Below are positions 9,183 through 19,304 of a stretch of 64,000 nucleotides of DNA, in pieces. A model generated the notes under the pieces. That model ran no database searches. It saw nothing but the letters and a program-made list of their open reading frames with translations, and was not told the origin of the DNA. The number at the start of each line of letters is the position of its first letter. The first letter of the stretch is position 1. The stretch covers positions 5,535-69,534 of the forward strand of contig CAKZLO010000006.1 of assembly GCA_937127125.1 (NCBI GenBank), in the 5' to 3' direction. The translations under genes were made by a program, and so were the position numbers. Origin of the DNA: an uncultured Ardenticatenia bacterium. GTDB lineage: Bacteria > Chloroflexota > Anaerolineae > 4572-78 > NAK82.

Positions 9183-10454
9183 CTAGGCGCGCACTTGGCC
9201 GCTGCCGAGGATAACCCACTTGTACGTGGTCAGCTCGCGCAAGCCCATGGGACCACGGGCATGTAGACGCTGGGTGCTGATAGCCACCTCGGCCCCCAAA
9301 CCCAGCTGTCCGCCATCGGTGAAACGCGTGCTGGCGTTGACATACACTGCCGCCGAATCAACCTCATTGATAAACCGCATGGCGGCGTTGTAGTCCTCGG
9401 TGAGAATAGCATCAGAGTGGTGGGTGCTGTGCTGATGGATGTGGTCAAGCGCCTCATCCAGGCCATCCACCACCTTGACCGCTAGCACCAGGGACAGGAA
9501 TTCGGTGTCGAAATCGGCGGGGGTGGCCGGCCGCACTGCCGGATGCCCCTCAAGCACGGCCAACGCACGCGGTTCACAACGCAGCTCGACACGCGCCGCG
9601 GCGAGCATGTCAGCGACCTGAGGCAACAGAGTGTCCGCCACATCGCGGTGCACGAGCAGTGTGTCCAGTGCGTTGCACACGGTCGGCCGTTGTGTCTTGG
9701 CATTGTAAATGATAGGCAATGCTTTGCGCAAGTCGGCCGTTTTGTCGACGTAGATGTGACAGATTCCGATGCCGCCCGTGATGACCGGTATGGTGGCGTT
9801 CTCCCGGGCAAACTCATGCAGGCCGGCACCGCCGCGCGGGATGATCATGTCGATGTACTGGTGCGCGCGCAGCATAGCGTGCACCAGCGCGCGTTCCTGC
9901 GACTCGATGATCTGCACAGCGCCTTCGGGAATGCCGCTGCGCTGGCAAGCGGCTTCGATCGCACGCACGAGCGCAGCATTGCTGTTGGCGGCCTCCTTAC
10001 CACCGCGCAGGATAACAGCATTGCCCGACTTGAGACAGAGAGCGGAGACATCCACAGTGACGTTGGGGCGCGATTCGTAGATAACACCAATGACCCCGAT
10101 GGGCACCCGACGTTTGGCTACCTGTAAGCCGTTGGGCAGAGTGCTGCCGTCAAACATCTCGCCCACCGGGTCAGGCAGGGCCACCACGGCGAGAACATCA
10201 TCAGCGATCGCTTTCAGGCGCTGTGGGGTGATGAGCAGGCGGTCGATCATTGCTTCGCCCAAGCCGGCAGCGCGACCGGCTTCAACATCGCGCGCGTTGG
10301 CTTGCAGGATCTCGTCCTGGGCATTATGCAGCTGCTCTGCGATGGCGCGCAGCGCTGCATTCTTCGTGCGCGAGTCGAGGGTGGCCAGCCGCCGCGCCGC
10401 GTGCCGCGCCCGCTCGCCTTTCTGTCTGATTTCGTCCGGTATCTCTGTCGCCAT
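9183..10454 (-). CDS. proA: gamma-glutamyl phosphate reductase
   Basis: Aldehyde dehydrogenase-type fold with the ProA-typical [12 protein letters not shown] and [10 protein letters not shown] segments. GAGGAG RBS upstream of the ATG. Confidence 0.95.
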   Translation of the reverse strand: MATEIPDEIRQKGERARHAARRLATLDSRTKNAALRAIAEQLHNAQDEILQANARDVEAGRAAGLGEAMIDRLLITPQRLKAIADDVLAVVALPDPVGEMFDGSTLPNGLQVAKRRVPIGVIGVIYESRPNVTVDVSALCLKSGNAVILRGGKEAANSNAALVRAIEAACQRSGIPEGAVQIIESQERALVHAMLRAHQYIDMIIPRGGAGLHEFARENATIPVITGGIGICHIYVDKTADLRKALPIIYNAKTQRPTVCNALDTLLVHRDVADTLLPQVADMLAAARVELRCEPRALAVLEGHPAVRPATPADFDTEFLSLVLAVKVVDGLDEALDHIHQHSTHHSDAILTEDYNAAMRFINEVDSAAVYVNASTRFTDGGQLGLGAEVAISTQRLHARGPMGLRELTTYKWVILGSGQVRA

Positions 10455-10519
10455 GTTCCATCTCCTCAGCTCTTTACAAAGCGTCCCCTAATCTTGCTCT
10501 TCTTTACAACTTGATGAAA

Positions 10520-10539
10520 AAGGACATAGCCTCGTCCTT
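10520..10539 (-). terminator. weak intrinsic terminator candidate downstream of glgC
   Basis: On the minus strand, AAGGAC-GAGGCUAU-GUCCUU is followed by UUUCAUC. The stem is only 6 bp. Confidence 0.3.
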
Positions 10540-10602
10540 CACCCATAGATTGGAGAGCGGGGCAAACTGGATAGAAGCGATCCATCCAATCGCCGAGGCA
10601 GG

Positions 10603-11853
10603 CTACACTGTGCTGCCGCTGGGCACGTCCAGCTGGACGAAATCCTCCTCGTTGCGGTCGGGCCGCACGATCACGTTGCGTCCCAATCGTGCCCCGATGG
10701 GGATACGCGCACGCTCGCCTACCACGGTGATGCCGGTGTTGACCCAGTCCGGATAGGTGACATTGGGCGTGTCAGCACTGCCGCAGCCTACAATAGCACC
10801 CGGGCCAACGACAACGCGACTGTCCAGGATACACATATCCACCAAGGCACCCGGGCCGATCCATGCATCGTTCAAGATGACGGAGCGGCGCACGACAGCG
10901 CCAGGTGAGACGTAGACGCCCGGCGACAAAACCGACTCTTCCACCCTGCCGCGCACAATGCAACCGTTTGAGATGAGACTCGTGGTCACATGACCCTGAG
11001 GACCAATCTTGCTGGCGGGTCGCTCCTGGTCGCGCGTATGAATGACCCAGCTCTGGTCGTATAGGTCGAGTGGCGGTACCGGCTGTGCCATCTGCAAATT
11101 GGTCTCCCAGTAGGCGTGAATGGTACCCACATCTACCCAGTAGCCTTCAAAGCGATGCGCGTAGACTCGCGCCTCCTGAACCAACCGTGGTATCACGTGA
11201 TTGCCAAAGTCGAGCTCGGGAATCTGACCATGCAGACGTTCCAGCGCTCGCACCAGCACCTCGGTGTTGAAAACGTAAATGCCCATCGAAGCGAGCGTGC
11301 CCTTGTCGCGATTGGGTGGTTTTTCGGTGAACTCGACCACCCGCATTTCCTCATCCACCGTCATGATTCCAAAACGGTGGGTCTCTTCAAGCGGCACGTT
11401 GCGGACGGCTACGGTCAGCTCGGCATGCTTTTGCTCGTGGAACTCCAGCATCGGGCGATAATCCATCTTATAGATATGATCGCCCGAGAGAATCAGCACG
11501 GTATCCGCCCGCCTCTCCAACACGAAATCGAGGTTGCGGTAGACTGCATCCGCCGTGCCCTTATACCAGTCACCTGCCTGACGTCCCAGGTAGGGTTGGC
11601 GCAGCTGGATCCCACCGCGATGCCGATCCAGGTCCCACGGTTTGCCGATACCAATGTGCTCGTTGAGCGAGTGTGGCTGGTATTGAGTCAGCACGGCAAT
11701 CTCATAGATCTCAGAGTTGACACAGTTCGAGAGGGTAAAGTCGATGATGCGAAACTTGCCGGCGAAAGGCACCGCCGGCTTGGCGCGGTACTCACACAGA
11801 ACTGAAAGGCGTGTGCCGGCGCCACCGGCCATCAGCAGAGCGACCACCCGCAT
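10603..11853 (-). CDS. glgC: glucose-1-phosphate adenylyltransferase
   Basis: [10 protein letters not shown] nucleotidyltransferase motif, [14 protein letters not shown], and C-terminal left-handed beta-helix repeats. The ATG at 11853 is preferred over the GTG at 11862. Confidence 0.9.
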   Translation of the reverse strand: MRVVALLMAGGAGTRLSVLCEYRAKPAVPFAGKFRIIDFTLSNCVNSEIYEIAVLTQYQPHSLNEHIGIGKPWDLDRHRGGIQLRQPYLGRQAGDWYKGTADAVYRNLDFVLERRADTVLILSGDHIYKMDYRPMLEFHEQKHAELTVAVRNVPLEETHRFGIMTVDEEMRVVEFTEKPPNRDKGTLASMGIYVFNTEVLVRALERLHGQIPELDFGNHVIPRLVQEARVYAHRFEGYWVDVGTIHAYWETNLQMAQPVPPLDLYDQSWVIHTRDQERPASKIGPQGHVTTSLISNGCIVRGRVEESVLSPGVYVSPGAVVRRSVILNDAWIGPGALVDMCILDSRVVVGPGAIVGCGSADTPNVTYPDWVNTGITVVGERARIPIGARLGRNVIVRPDRNEEDFVQLDVPSGSTV

Positions 11854-12050
11854 GGGCACCACCTTCTACAATGCAACAGTGAAAGCTGGAGACCCAGTGT
11901 AATTCAAAAGGGTATCGCGCGCAAGGGAGGCTGTACGGCAACACCCCCTGCCTTGAATCAAGAGTGCATTGGCCGGGAGCACGGTCTGGCCTCTGCAATT
12001 ATTTACACCGGTTTGAACTGCGAAGAAGGGCCTCTAATGTACAGCTAAAT

Positions 12051-12080
12051 TTGACTGACCTATATGTCCACCAGTATAAT
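12051..12080 (+). promoter_or_regulatory. sigma-70-type promoter candidate for rpmH-rnpA-yidD-yidC-jag
   Basis: TTGACT (12051..12056), an 18-nt spacer, then TATAAT (12075..12080), about 140 nt upstream of the rpmH ATG. Confidence 0.5.
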
Positions 12081-12219
12081 GAGTGCTCTGAGCCTTGGAG
12101 GTTAACAAACCCCGACGGGTGGTATGTTGCTGCTCGCCGGTTCATTGTTATTAGGGTTGAGCTGGCGGCAGACAGTGCCAGTTTAGCAGAGAATATGTGA
12201 ACAGGAGTGACAGGCCCAT

Positions 12220-12396
12220 ATGCCCAAGCGAACTTACCAGCCCAAGAAGCGCCATCGGGCACGTGTGCACGGTTTCCGCGCGCGCATGCGCACCCTGGGA
12301 GGGCGCAAGGTGCTCAAGGCCCGACGCTTAAAGGGGCGCTATCAGCTGACACCGCAGCCGCGGCACCCCAAACGCATCAATTGGAATGCAGGCTAA
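12220..12396 (+). CDS. rpmH: 50S ribosomal protein L34
   Basis: A 58-codon ORF below the ORF-track cutoff: [40 protein letters not shown]... It sits directly upstream of rnpA, the conserved order. It has about 14 extra C-terminal residues compared with typical L34. Confidence 0.85.
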   Translation: MPKRTYQPKKRHRARVHGFRARMRTLGGRKVLKARRLKGRYQLTPQPRHPKRINWNAG

Positions 12397-12440
12397 GCTT
12401 TGTCTCGTAGCAAGCGGCGTGGCCGAGATACCTCCGGGGG

Positions 12441-12806
12441 ATGAAGCGCAAGTACCGCTTGCGAGATCGGGATGATTTCCTGCGCACCCGGCAAGAAGGT
12501 AAGTGTTGGGGGCATCGTTTGATTGTGTTGTGTGCATTGCCTAACAGTTTGGGATACAGTCGGTTTGGGTTCGCGGCCAGTAAACGGATCGGCACAGCTG
12601 TCGTGCGTAACCGGGCGCGCCGCCGCATGCGTGAGGTCGTGCGGCTCAAGTGGTCAGCCATTCGGCCCGGATGGGATGTCGTGCTTATTGCCCGTCCTGC
12701 ACTGGTGCAGGCGACCTATGGCGAGCTGAGCGAGGCCATAGGTGGGTTGCTGCAGCGCGCTGGCTTGTGGATTCTGGAGGCAAATCCACCACAGAAATCG
12801 GAGTAG
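12441..12806 (+). CDS. rnpA: ribonuclease P protein component
   Basis: Basic 121-aa protein with the RNR motif region ([13 protein letters not shown]), between rpmH and yidD. Confidence 0.85.
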   Translation: MKRKYRLRDRDDFLRTRQEGKCWGHRLIVLCALPNSLGYSRFGFAASKRIGTAVVRNRARRRMREVVRLKWSAIRPGWDVVLIARPALVQATYGELSEAIGGLLQRAGLWILEANPPQKSE

Positions 12807-12807
12807 T

Positions 12808-13041
12808 GTGCGAGTGAAGTATATTGTCCTGGCACTGATACGTTTCTATCAGCGGTTTATCTCCCCCGGCCTGCCCCCTTCTTGTCGATTTGAGCCTAGC
12901 TGTTCCCAATATGGCTATCAGGCAATTGAGCGATATGGGGTGCTGCGCGGCGGCTGGTTGGCGCTCAAACGTATCAGCCGTTGTCATCCTTTTAACCCTG
13001 GAGGATATGACCCGGTGCCAGAGCTGCCGAGGTACCGGTAG
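12808..13041 (+). CDS. yidD: membrane protein insertion efficiency factor YidD
   Basis: [62 protein letters not shown] is the YidD signature. The GTG start at 12808 is 1 nt after the rnpA stop. Confidence 0.85.
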   Translation: MRVKYIVLALIRFYQRFISPGLPPSCRFEPSCSQYGYQAIERYGVLRGGWLALKRISRCHPFNPGGYDPVPELPRYR

Positions 13042-13105
13042 GATGTGCCCTCCGCGGAGATTTGGTATCGTTTTGTGTCGGTTGAAGTTGGGAGGTTACT
13101 AAGCA

Positions 13106-13963
13106 ATGTGGGATGCCTTTGTGGGGTTGATTGCGGATGCCCTTACTCTGAACAACGAGCTGCTTAAGAGTATTGGCATTCCCTACTCATTCGGCTTCGC
13201 TATCATCCTGTTCACGCTGATTATCAAAGTCTTGACATTGCCGCTCACTTTCAAGCAGCTCCAGGCTGCGCGTAAGATGCAGGAGCTGCAGCCAGAGATT
13301 CAGAAGCTGCAGAAAAAATACAAGGACGACCGCGAAAAGCTCTCCAAAGCTCAGATGGAGCTCTACAAGGAGGCAGGGGTCAATCCTCTGGGGGGCTGTC
13401 TTCCGACGCTGGTGCAGATGCCCATCTGGTTTGCACTGTATCAAGCACTGTTTGAGCTAGCTTCCCATGGCAACCTGAAGGAAGGGTTCTTCTGGATCCC
13501 TAGCCTGGCGGAACCGCACGACCTCAGCTGGATTTGGCCGTTGCCCCAGACTCCCGAAGGCTGGTTGCATGCGGCAGCATTGTTGGTGTTGCCAATTCTC
13601 ACTGTGGTAACCCAGATCATCGTGCAAAAGATGTCAATGCCTTCGACTGGCGATCAGCAGCAGGCGATGATGAGCCAGATGATGATGTTTATGCCGATCA
13701 TGTTTGGCTTTTTCGCCCTGCAGGTTCCACAGGGATTAGTACTCTACTGGGTCACTTCCAACGTGTTCACCCTGGCGCAGCAGTACTTTATCAACAAGCA
13801 GAGCGAGGCAGCTAAACGGGAAGGTGGCACTGCTGTATCCCTTGCCGCGACCAGGGTGGTCGAAGAGGCGCCAGCGGCAGTGGTTGCCTCAGGGGCCGAG
13901 ACCGTAAAGAAAACAGAAGCGATCAAGAGAGCAAAGGATGGCAAACGCAAAAGCAAGCGTTGA
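13106..13963 (+). CDS. yidC: membrane protein insertase YidC (short, monoderm-type)
   Basis: YidC/Oxa1 core (PLTFKQLQAARKMQELQPEIQKLQKKYKDD; GGCLPTLVQMPIWFALY; LVLYWVTSNVFTLAQQ) with a basic C-terminal tail. Confidence 0.9.
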   Translation: MWDAFVGLIADALTLNNELLKSIGIPYSFGFAIILFTLIIKVLTLPLTFKQLQAARKMQELQPEIQKLQKKYKDDREKLSKAQMELYKEAGVNPLGGCLPTLVQMPIWFALYQALFELASHGNLKEGFFWIPSLAEPHDLSWIWPLPQTPEGWLHAAALLVLPILTVVTQIIVQKMSMPSTGDQQQAMMSQMMMFMPIMFGFFALQVPQGLVLYWVTSNVFTLAQQYFINKQSEAAKREGGTAVSLAATRVVEEAPAAVVASGAETVKKTEAIKRAKDGKRKSKR

Positions 13964-14687
13964 AGTCACAGCCAAGACGGTTGAGGAAGCTATCGCAAAA
14001 GGGCTGGAACAACTGGGAGTTCCGCGCGAAGAAGTAGAGATCGAGGTACTCAATCCCGGACGCAGTGGGATGTTCGGGCTGGGTGCCCAGGATGCAAGTG
14101 TACGCCTGACACACATTGTCGCGTCGAAACCCGAGCAACCTCTGGAGGAAATCACTGAACAGATGGCGCCTGAGGCTGAGGAGATCCCAGCACAACCCCA
14201 ACCTGCTGCTTGGCCTGTCGAGACAGTGGAACTGGCAGTGGGTCTGCTGCAGGGCTTGATTGACCGCATGGGGATCAAGGGCAAAGTCGTCGCGCGCATC
14301 AGCGATGAGTTCGCAGATGAAGAGGGTGCTTCCACGTTGGTTTTGAACGTGACAGGCAAAGACCTGGGAATTCTTATTGGGCGCCAGGCGGAAACCCTTC
14401 AGGCTCTCCAGTACATTGTGCGACTGATGCTCAGCAAAAGCCTTGCCCGTTGGGAGCCTGTGGTGGTCGATGTTGAGTCATATCGGGTGCGCCGGCGACG
14501 TGCACTCCAGCGTCTGGCATTGCGCATGGCAGAACGCGCCGTGTCCACCCGGCGTCGCGTCATATTAGAGGCAATGCCGGCGAGCGAACGCCGAATCGTC
14601 CATCTGGCCTTGCGTGACCATCCTGGTGTTACCACCAGAAGTATTGGCGAAAGAGACCATCGCAAGGTCACCATTATCCCCAAGTAG
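13938..14687 (+). CDS. jag: Jag/KhpB RNA-binding protein (Jag_N, KH and R3H domains)
   Basis: Conserved position after yidC. N-terminal VEEAIAKGLEQLGV (Jag_N) and a C-terminal R3H-like MPASERRIVHLALRD. Overlaps the yidC end by 26 nt. Confidence 0.8.
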   Translation: MANAKASVEVTAKTVEEAIAKGLEQLGVPREEVEIEVLNPGRSGMFGLGAQDASVRLTHIVASKPEQPLEEITEQMAPEAEEIPAQPQPAAWPVETVELAVGLLQGLIDRMGIKGKVVARISDEFADEEGASTLVLNVTGKDLGILIGRQAETLQALQYIVRLMLSKSLARWEPVVVDVESYRVRRRRALQRLALRMAERAVSTRRRVILEAMPASERRIVHLALRDHPGVTTRSIGERDHRKVTIIPK

Positions 14688-14786
14688 CCACTGTGTCCTG
14701 GCCCTCTCTTGCCCGAGTGTACGTTTGGGCCAACGGAGAAAAGAGCGCTGGGAGCCTGCTCAATAGTCTTGCGTTGACGTCTGTGG

Positions 14787-15659
14787 ATGAACGAAACAAA
14801 CCCGGTCCCTGATTATCTGGTCATCGGAGCAATCACCAAAGATGTGATCCCTGGCGGGTTCACGCTGGGTGGCACTGTCACCTACGGCGCCATCACCGCC
14901 AGTCGACTGGGCAAACGCGCCGCCATTGTGACCAGCGCAGCACCCGACCTGGTGCTGCCGGAAACGTTCAGGGACATCCGATATGCATTTGTCCCCGCAG
15001 AGCAGACCACGACATTTCGTAACGTCTATGTGGACGGTGTACGTCGCCAGTATGTCGAAGCGCTGGCATGTCCCATCGGCGTTCATCACATACCACCCAC
15101 TTGGCTGACAGCTCCGCTGGTGCATCTGGGTCCGCTGGTAGGCGAGCTGGACGAGACCATGGTGCACTTCTTCCCCAAATCCCTCGTCATTGCCACGCCG
15201 CAGGGATGGTTTCGTTCGTGGGATGAGACCGGCTATGTGACGCTGGGCTGTTGGCCGCGCGCAGAGCTATTGTTGCCGCATCTGACCGCCCTCATCCTGA
15301 GCGACGAGGACATACGAGGCGATCCGGACTGCATTGAGCGTTTCGCCACTATGACGCGCACGCTGGTGCTGACCCATGGAGCTCGCGGTGCCACGGTGTA
15401 TCATTGTGGTGAGGTGCGCCACCTACCGACACGGCCGGCGCACGAGGTTGATCCCACCGGGGCCGGCGATGTGTTTGCTGCCGCCTTCGTCATCCGTATG
15501 CACGAGCTCCTTATGGAGCGCGGTGTGGAAGATCCTTGGGAAGCCGCCCGTTTTGCCAACGTTGTGGCTTCCTTCTCCGTCGAGGGGATGAGCTACTCGG
15601 CTATCCCCGATCGGGCCAAGGTCGAGGCATATCTCGCCAATTTGGCATTGGTGACCTGA
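14787..15659 (+). CDS. PfkB-family carbohydrate/nucleoside kinase
   Basis: Ribokinase-like fold with the C-terminal DPTGAGDVFAAAF signature. Confidence 0.8.
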   Translation: MNETNPVPDYLVIGAITKDVIPGGFTLGGTVTYGAITASRLGKRAAIVTSAAPDLVLPETFRDIRYAFVPAEQTTTFRNVYVDGVRRQYVEALACPIGVHHIPPTWLTAPLVHLGPLVGELDETMVHFFPKSLVIATPQGWFRSWDETGYVTLGCWPRAELLLPHLTALILSDEDIRGDPDCIERFATMTRTLVLTHGARGATVYHCGEVRHLPTRPAHEVDPTGAGDVFAAAFVIRMHELLMERGVEDPWEAARFANVVASFSVEGMSYSAIPDRAKVEAYLANLALVT

Positions 15660-15682
15660 GATGCGATGGGCAGGGCGACGGG

Positions 15683-16882
15683 TCACACAACCCCTGCTGC
15701 CCTGAACCGCGCGATCTCCAGCTCGGTGTAGCCCATCTCCTGCAAGATCGCGTCCGTGTGCTCACCCAACAAGGGAGGCGGCAGCCGGTATGTGACCGGC
15801 GTCGCGCTGAAGTGGACCGGGTTGGCTAGCGATTTCAACGGGCCCAGCTGGGGATGTACCAGCTCCACGATGAACCCGCGTTCGACCAGCTGTGGATGCG
15901 CCAATGCTTCGGGCACCGAATTGATCGGACCGCAGGGAATCTGGGCATCACGCAGGGCCTCCAGCCATGTCTCCGCGTCGCGCTGTAGCAGGATCTCCTG
16001 CAACAGTGGAATCAGCTCCGCACGATGCTGCAAGCGCGCTGAGTTCGTTGCGAAACGTTCGTCCCGCATAAGCGTGTCTTCGACGCCCAGAACCTGGCAA
16101 AAACGTTCCCACAGGCGCTGAGTACCTACAGCCACAGTGATACACTTGTCCCGCGTCCTGAAGAGCTGGTATGGGACGATGCTGGCGTGGGCATTGCCCA
16201 CACGCTGGGGAAGCTCTCCACCGTTCAGCAAAGCACTTGCCGGCAACGCCAGATAGGCAGCATGACTTTCCAACAAGCTCAAGTCCAACACTTGCCCACG
16301 ACCGCTGTGCTCACGCGCCAACAGGGCTGCAAGAATGCCGAGCGCTGCATATATCCCGGTCGTCATATCCGCCAAGGGGATGCCAAATCGCATCGCTTCG
16401 CCCTCGGGCTCTCCGGTGATGCTCATCAGGCCACTTTCTGCCTGAGCGACCATATCATAGCCAGGCCGTTCCGCCCACGGCCCGGTCAAACCGTAACCTG
16501 TAATCGCTACGTAGATGAGTCGCTCGTTCTGCCTGATGACTGTCTCGGCGTCAATCCCTGTCTCGCGCTGCGAGCTGACGCGTGGCATGTTGTGTATTAA
16601 TACATCAGCCCGGGCGATCAAACGCTGCAGAATCTCACGTCCTGCAGAGGTCTTGAGATCGAGGGTCAGGCTGCGCTTGTTGCGATTTACCGCCAGAAAA
16701 TAGGTGCTTTGCGAGTCGACGAAGGGGGGTCCCCATCCGCGCGACTGATCACCCGAGCGCGGCGGCTCAATCTTGATGACGTCGGCCCCCATATCACCCA
16801 GTAACATGGTGCAGTATGGTCCTGCCAGTGCCTGGGTCAGGTCGAGGATGAGAAGGTCACGCAATACTCCGCTGCATTCCAT
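15683..16882 (-). CDS. family III CoA-transferase (CaiB/BaiF type)
   Basis: N-terminal LRDLLILDLTQALAGPYCTMLLGDMGADVIKIEPP and an internal GYDMVAQAESGLMSITG are typical of the family. Confidence 0.85.
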   Translation of the reverse strand: MECSGVLRDLLILDLTQALAGPYCTMLLGDMGADVIKIEPPRSGDQSRGWGPPFVDSQSTYFLAVNRNKRSLTLDLKTSAGREILQRLIARADVLIHNMPRVSSQRETGIDAETVIRQNERLIYVAITGYGLTGPWAERPGYDMVAQAESGLMSITGEPEGEAMRFGIPLADMTTGIYAALGILAALLAREHSGRGQVLDLSLLESHAAYLALPASALLNGGELPQRVGNAHASIVPYQLFRTRDKCITVAVGTQRLWERFCQVLGVEDTLMRDERFATNSARLQHRAELIPLLQEILLQRDAETWLEALRDAQIPCGPINSVPEALAHPQLVERGFIVELVHPQLGPLKSLANPVHFSATPVTYRLPPPLLGEHTDAILQEMGYTELEIARFRAAGVV

Positions 16883-16977
16883 CGTTTCTTTGTCTCTTCC
16901 TCTGGTACGATGTCTTTGAGTCTACAACGCACTGCTCACAGCTTCGGAGTGAGAACGGAGCGATTCCCAGTTTAAGG

Positions 16978-18018
16978 TCAGGTGCCAGGCGACGATGTAT
17001 CTGGCACGCCAAAAGGTGGATCACACTCGGGAAGGAAACGTGTCATAAATGGAACTATTGGCACACACTGAGGTGTTACTTTTTCCTGTTCCAACAGGTG
17101 AGCAGCATGCGCTGCATCCTCTTGCACCTGATTCACGAGCGCGTCCACACTGCTGAATCGTCTTTCTGCCCGCAGAAACCCCACCAGCTCCAAACGCAAC
17201 AGCTGGCCGTACAAGTCGCCGGCGAAACCCAATAGGTGAGCTTCCACATTGAGTCGCTGTTCTGAGAAGGTAGGTCGCAGGCCGATGTTCGCCACTGCTG
17301 CCCAACGTTGCCCCTGCACGCAGGCAAAACAGGCATAGACGCCATTCGGCGGCAAGACCACCCCAGATGGCACAGCGATATTCGCAGTGGGAAAGCCGAG
17401 TGACTTGCCGCGCGCAGCCCCACGAATCACTGGCCCGCTCAAAGCGTGATAACGACCCAGCAGCTCGTTGGCCTGCCGAATCTGGCCAGATTGCAGCAGC
17501 TGACGAATGCGGGTGCTGCTAACCACCTGCCCATCACGTACAACCGGCTCGACCACGTGCACCGAGAAGCCCATCTCCTGTCCCAGCTGGCGCAGGCGCG
17601 ACACGTCTCCCTCGCGATTGCGTCCCAGGGCAGAGCCCGGACCGATCCACAATTCGCGCATCTGCAGGTGCTTAACCAGGCCGGCAACAAACTCAGCCGC
17701 GGATACCTGCGCAAGCTCTCGCGTGAATTGCAGCACAACGGTTACATCAATGCCCAGTTGAGCTAAGAGGGCACACTTCTCTTCTCGAGTTGTCAGGTCG
17801 TAATTGGGTCGTTGGGGGAAGAGCACCACCTGAGGCCGCGGGTGAAAAGTGACCACCACACTGTGGAAATTATGAGACTGTGCGGCCTGCTGCATTTGTC
17901 GCAACAGACTCTGATGTCCTAGATGAACTCCATCGAAAGAGCCCACGGTCACCAGCGAAGGGCGATGAACAGTAGCATCTGCGAGAGCTTCAACGATTTG
18001 CATATAGCATAGCGCCAA
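16978..18018 (-). CDS. ribF: bifunctional riboflavin kinase / FMN adenylyltransferase
   Basis: GSFDGVHLGHQ nucleotidyltransferase motif and a C-terminal riboflavin kinase domain (GFPTANI...VEAHLL), directly after truB. About 35 extra C-terminal residues. Confidence 0.9.
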   Translation of the reverse strand: MALCYMQIVEALADATVHRPSLVTVGSFDGVHLGHQSLLRQMQQAAQSHNFHSVVVTFHPRPQVVLFPQRPNYDLTTREEKCALLAQLGIDVTVVLQFTRELAQVSAAEFVAGLVKHLQMRELWIGPGSALGRNREGDVSRLRQLGQEMGFSVHVVEPVVRDGQVVSSTRIRQLLQSGQIRQANELLGRYHALSGPVIRGAARGKSLGFPTANIAVPSGVVLPPNGVYACFACVQGQRWAAVANIGLRPTFSEQRLNVEAHLLGFAGDLYGQLLRLELVGFLRAERRFSSVDALVNQVQEDAAHAAHLLEQEKVTPQCVPIVPFMTRFLPECDPPFGVPDTSSPGT

Positions 18019-18921
18019 TCATGTGAGAAAGACTTTATCCGGTTGCCACCAGCCGGGCTTGCCATCCGCCGGCCGCACCAGAGCTGACAATCTGCCGTTG
18101 GGAGCATAGACGCGCGCCACGGGCGCCAGGGGCATCTCCGGAAGTAGTACATTCCGACCTTGTGAGAGCTGCGTTGCCACTTCTTCCGAGACCTCAAGAC
18201 GTGGTAGATCTTGCAGTGCGGCATCCATTGGGTACAAGTATTGCGTCCAGTTGCCCTGCACAATGGCCGCGCGCAGCTGCTCCAGCGTTATAGCGTCCTC
18301 AATACGCCAGTGACCGCTGCCAAGGCGCTCCAGAGCGCTCACGTGCCCTCCTACGCCTAACAGCTCGCCCAGGTCGTGGGCCAGCGAGCGCACATATGTG
18401 CCCGGCGAACAACGAACCTCTAAGGTGAGCAAAGGTGGTTGCCACGCGACGACCTCAAGAGAGCTGATCTTGATCGGGCGTGGCCTTAACTCGATTGCGA
18501 TGCCGCGCCGTGCCATGCGATATAGCCGCTGCCCCCCCTGACGCACAGCTGAGAACGGTGGTGGCAACTGATGATCCATACGGCGCAAGTGCTCAAGCGC
18601 CTGTTCAATTGCTTCCAGCGAGAGGACAAACGAAGGCGCCTCACGCACGACGGTGCCGTTCGCATCATAGGTGTCCGTTTCAACACCCAAGCGAATCGTG
18701 GCACGGTAGAGCTTCTCGCCTTGCATCAGGTATTCTACGATGCGTGTAGCCTGTCCCAGGCATATCAGCAATACGCCGGTGGCAATTTGATCCAACGTGC
18801 CGGCGTGCCCAACCCGGCGCAGTCCGGTCAGGCGTCGTACTTCAACCACCACGTCATGAGAGGTCAGCCCACGCGGCTTGTTGATATTGAGTATACCTTG
18901 TACGCGCTCGCCACCGCTCAT
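18019..18921 (-). CDS. truB: tRNA pseudouridine(55) synthase
   Basis: GILNINKPRGLTSHDVV and the catalytic GHAGTLD motif, between rbfA and ribF. Confidence 0.9.
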   Translation of the reverse strand: MSGGERVQGILNINKPRGLTSHDVVVEVRRLTGLRRVGHAGTLDQIATGVLLICLGQATRIVEYLMQGEKLYRATIRLGVETDTYDANGTVVREAPSFVLSLEAIEQALEHLRRMDHQLPPPFSAVRQGGQRLYRMARRGIAIELRPRPIKISSLEVVAWQPPLLTLEVRCSPGTYVRSLAHDLGELLGVGGHVSALERLGSGHWRIEDAITLEQLRAAIVQGNWTQYLYPMDAALQDLPRLEVSEEVATQLSQGRNVLLPEMPLAPVARVYAPNGRLSALVRPADGKPGWWQPDKVFLT

Positions 18922-19286
18922 GATCCGTTGGATCTCGAGGATGCGGAACCAGAAATGGAATCCAACAGCTGATCAATGCGCATGCCACGCTCGAGCGAGT
19001 CATCCAATCGGAACATTAAGTGTGGCACGACGCGCAGAGACAGAGTGGCCGCGATCTCGCGGCGCAGGAACCCTGTTGCGCTTCTGAGACCAGCGAGCGC
19101 CTCTCGAGCCTGTTCCTCGGTCCCCAGCACGCTCACATACACCCATGCGTTCTCCAAATCAGGGCTCACCTCGACACCTGTGACCGTCACTGTTTTCAGA
19201 CGCGGATCGCGTGCCTTACGCAAGATAAGCGTGCCAATCTCTTCGTGCAGCAGCTCAGCGACCTGACGTTGCCTTCTGGTGGTCAT
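18918..19286 (-). CDS. rbfA: ribosome-binding factor A
   Basis: RRQRQVAELLHEEI...DPRL...VTVTGVEVSPDLENAWVYVS, with conserved order after infB. Overlaps the truB start by 4 nt. Confidence 0.9.
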   Translation of the reverse strand: MTTRRQRQVAELLHEEIGTLILRKARDPRLKTVTVTGVEVSPDLENAWVYVSVLGTEEQAREALAGLRSATGFLRREIAATLSLRVVPHLMFRLDDSLERGMRIDQLLDSISGSASSRSNGS

Positions 19287-19304
19287 CGCTACAATCTCCG
19301 GGAG

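Noticed and set aside
11863-12219. A possible replication origin next to rpmH.
   Set aside because: There is no dnaA gene here and no cluster of DnaA-box-like 9-mers. Only one weak match (ATGTCCACC) is seen, and there is no obvious AT-rich unwinding element.
14688-14786. A GCCACTG string resembling the cobalamin-riboswitch B12 box upstream of the PfkB kinase gene.
   Set aside because: It is an isolated heptamer in a spacer under 100 nt, with none of the other conserved riboswitch elements. The gene context is unrelated to B12.
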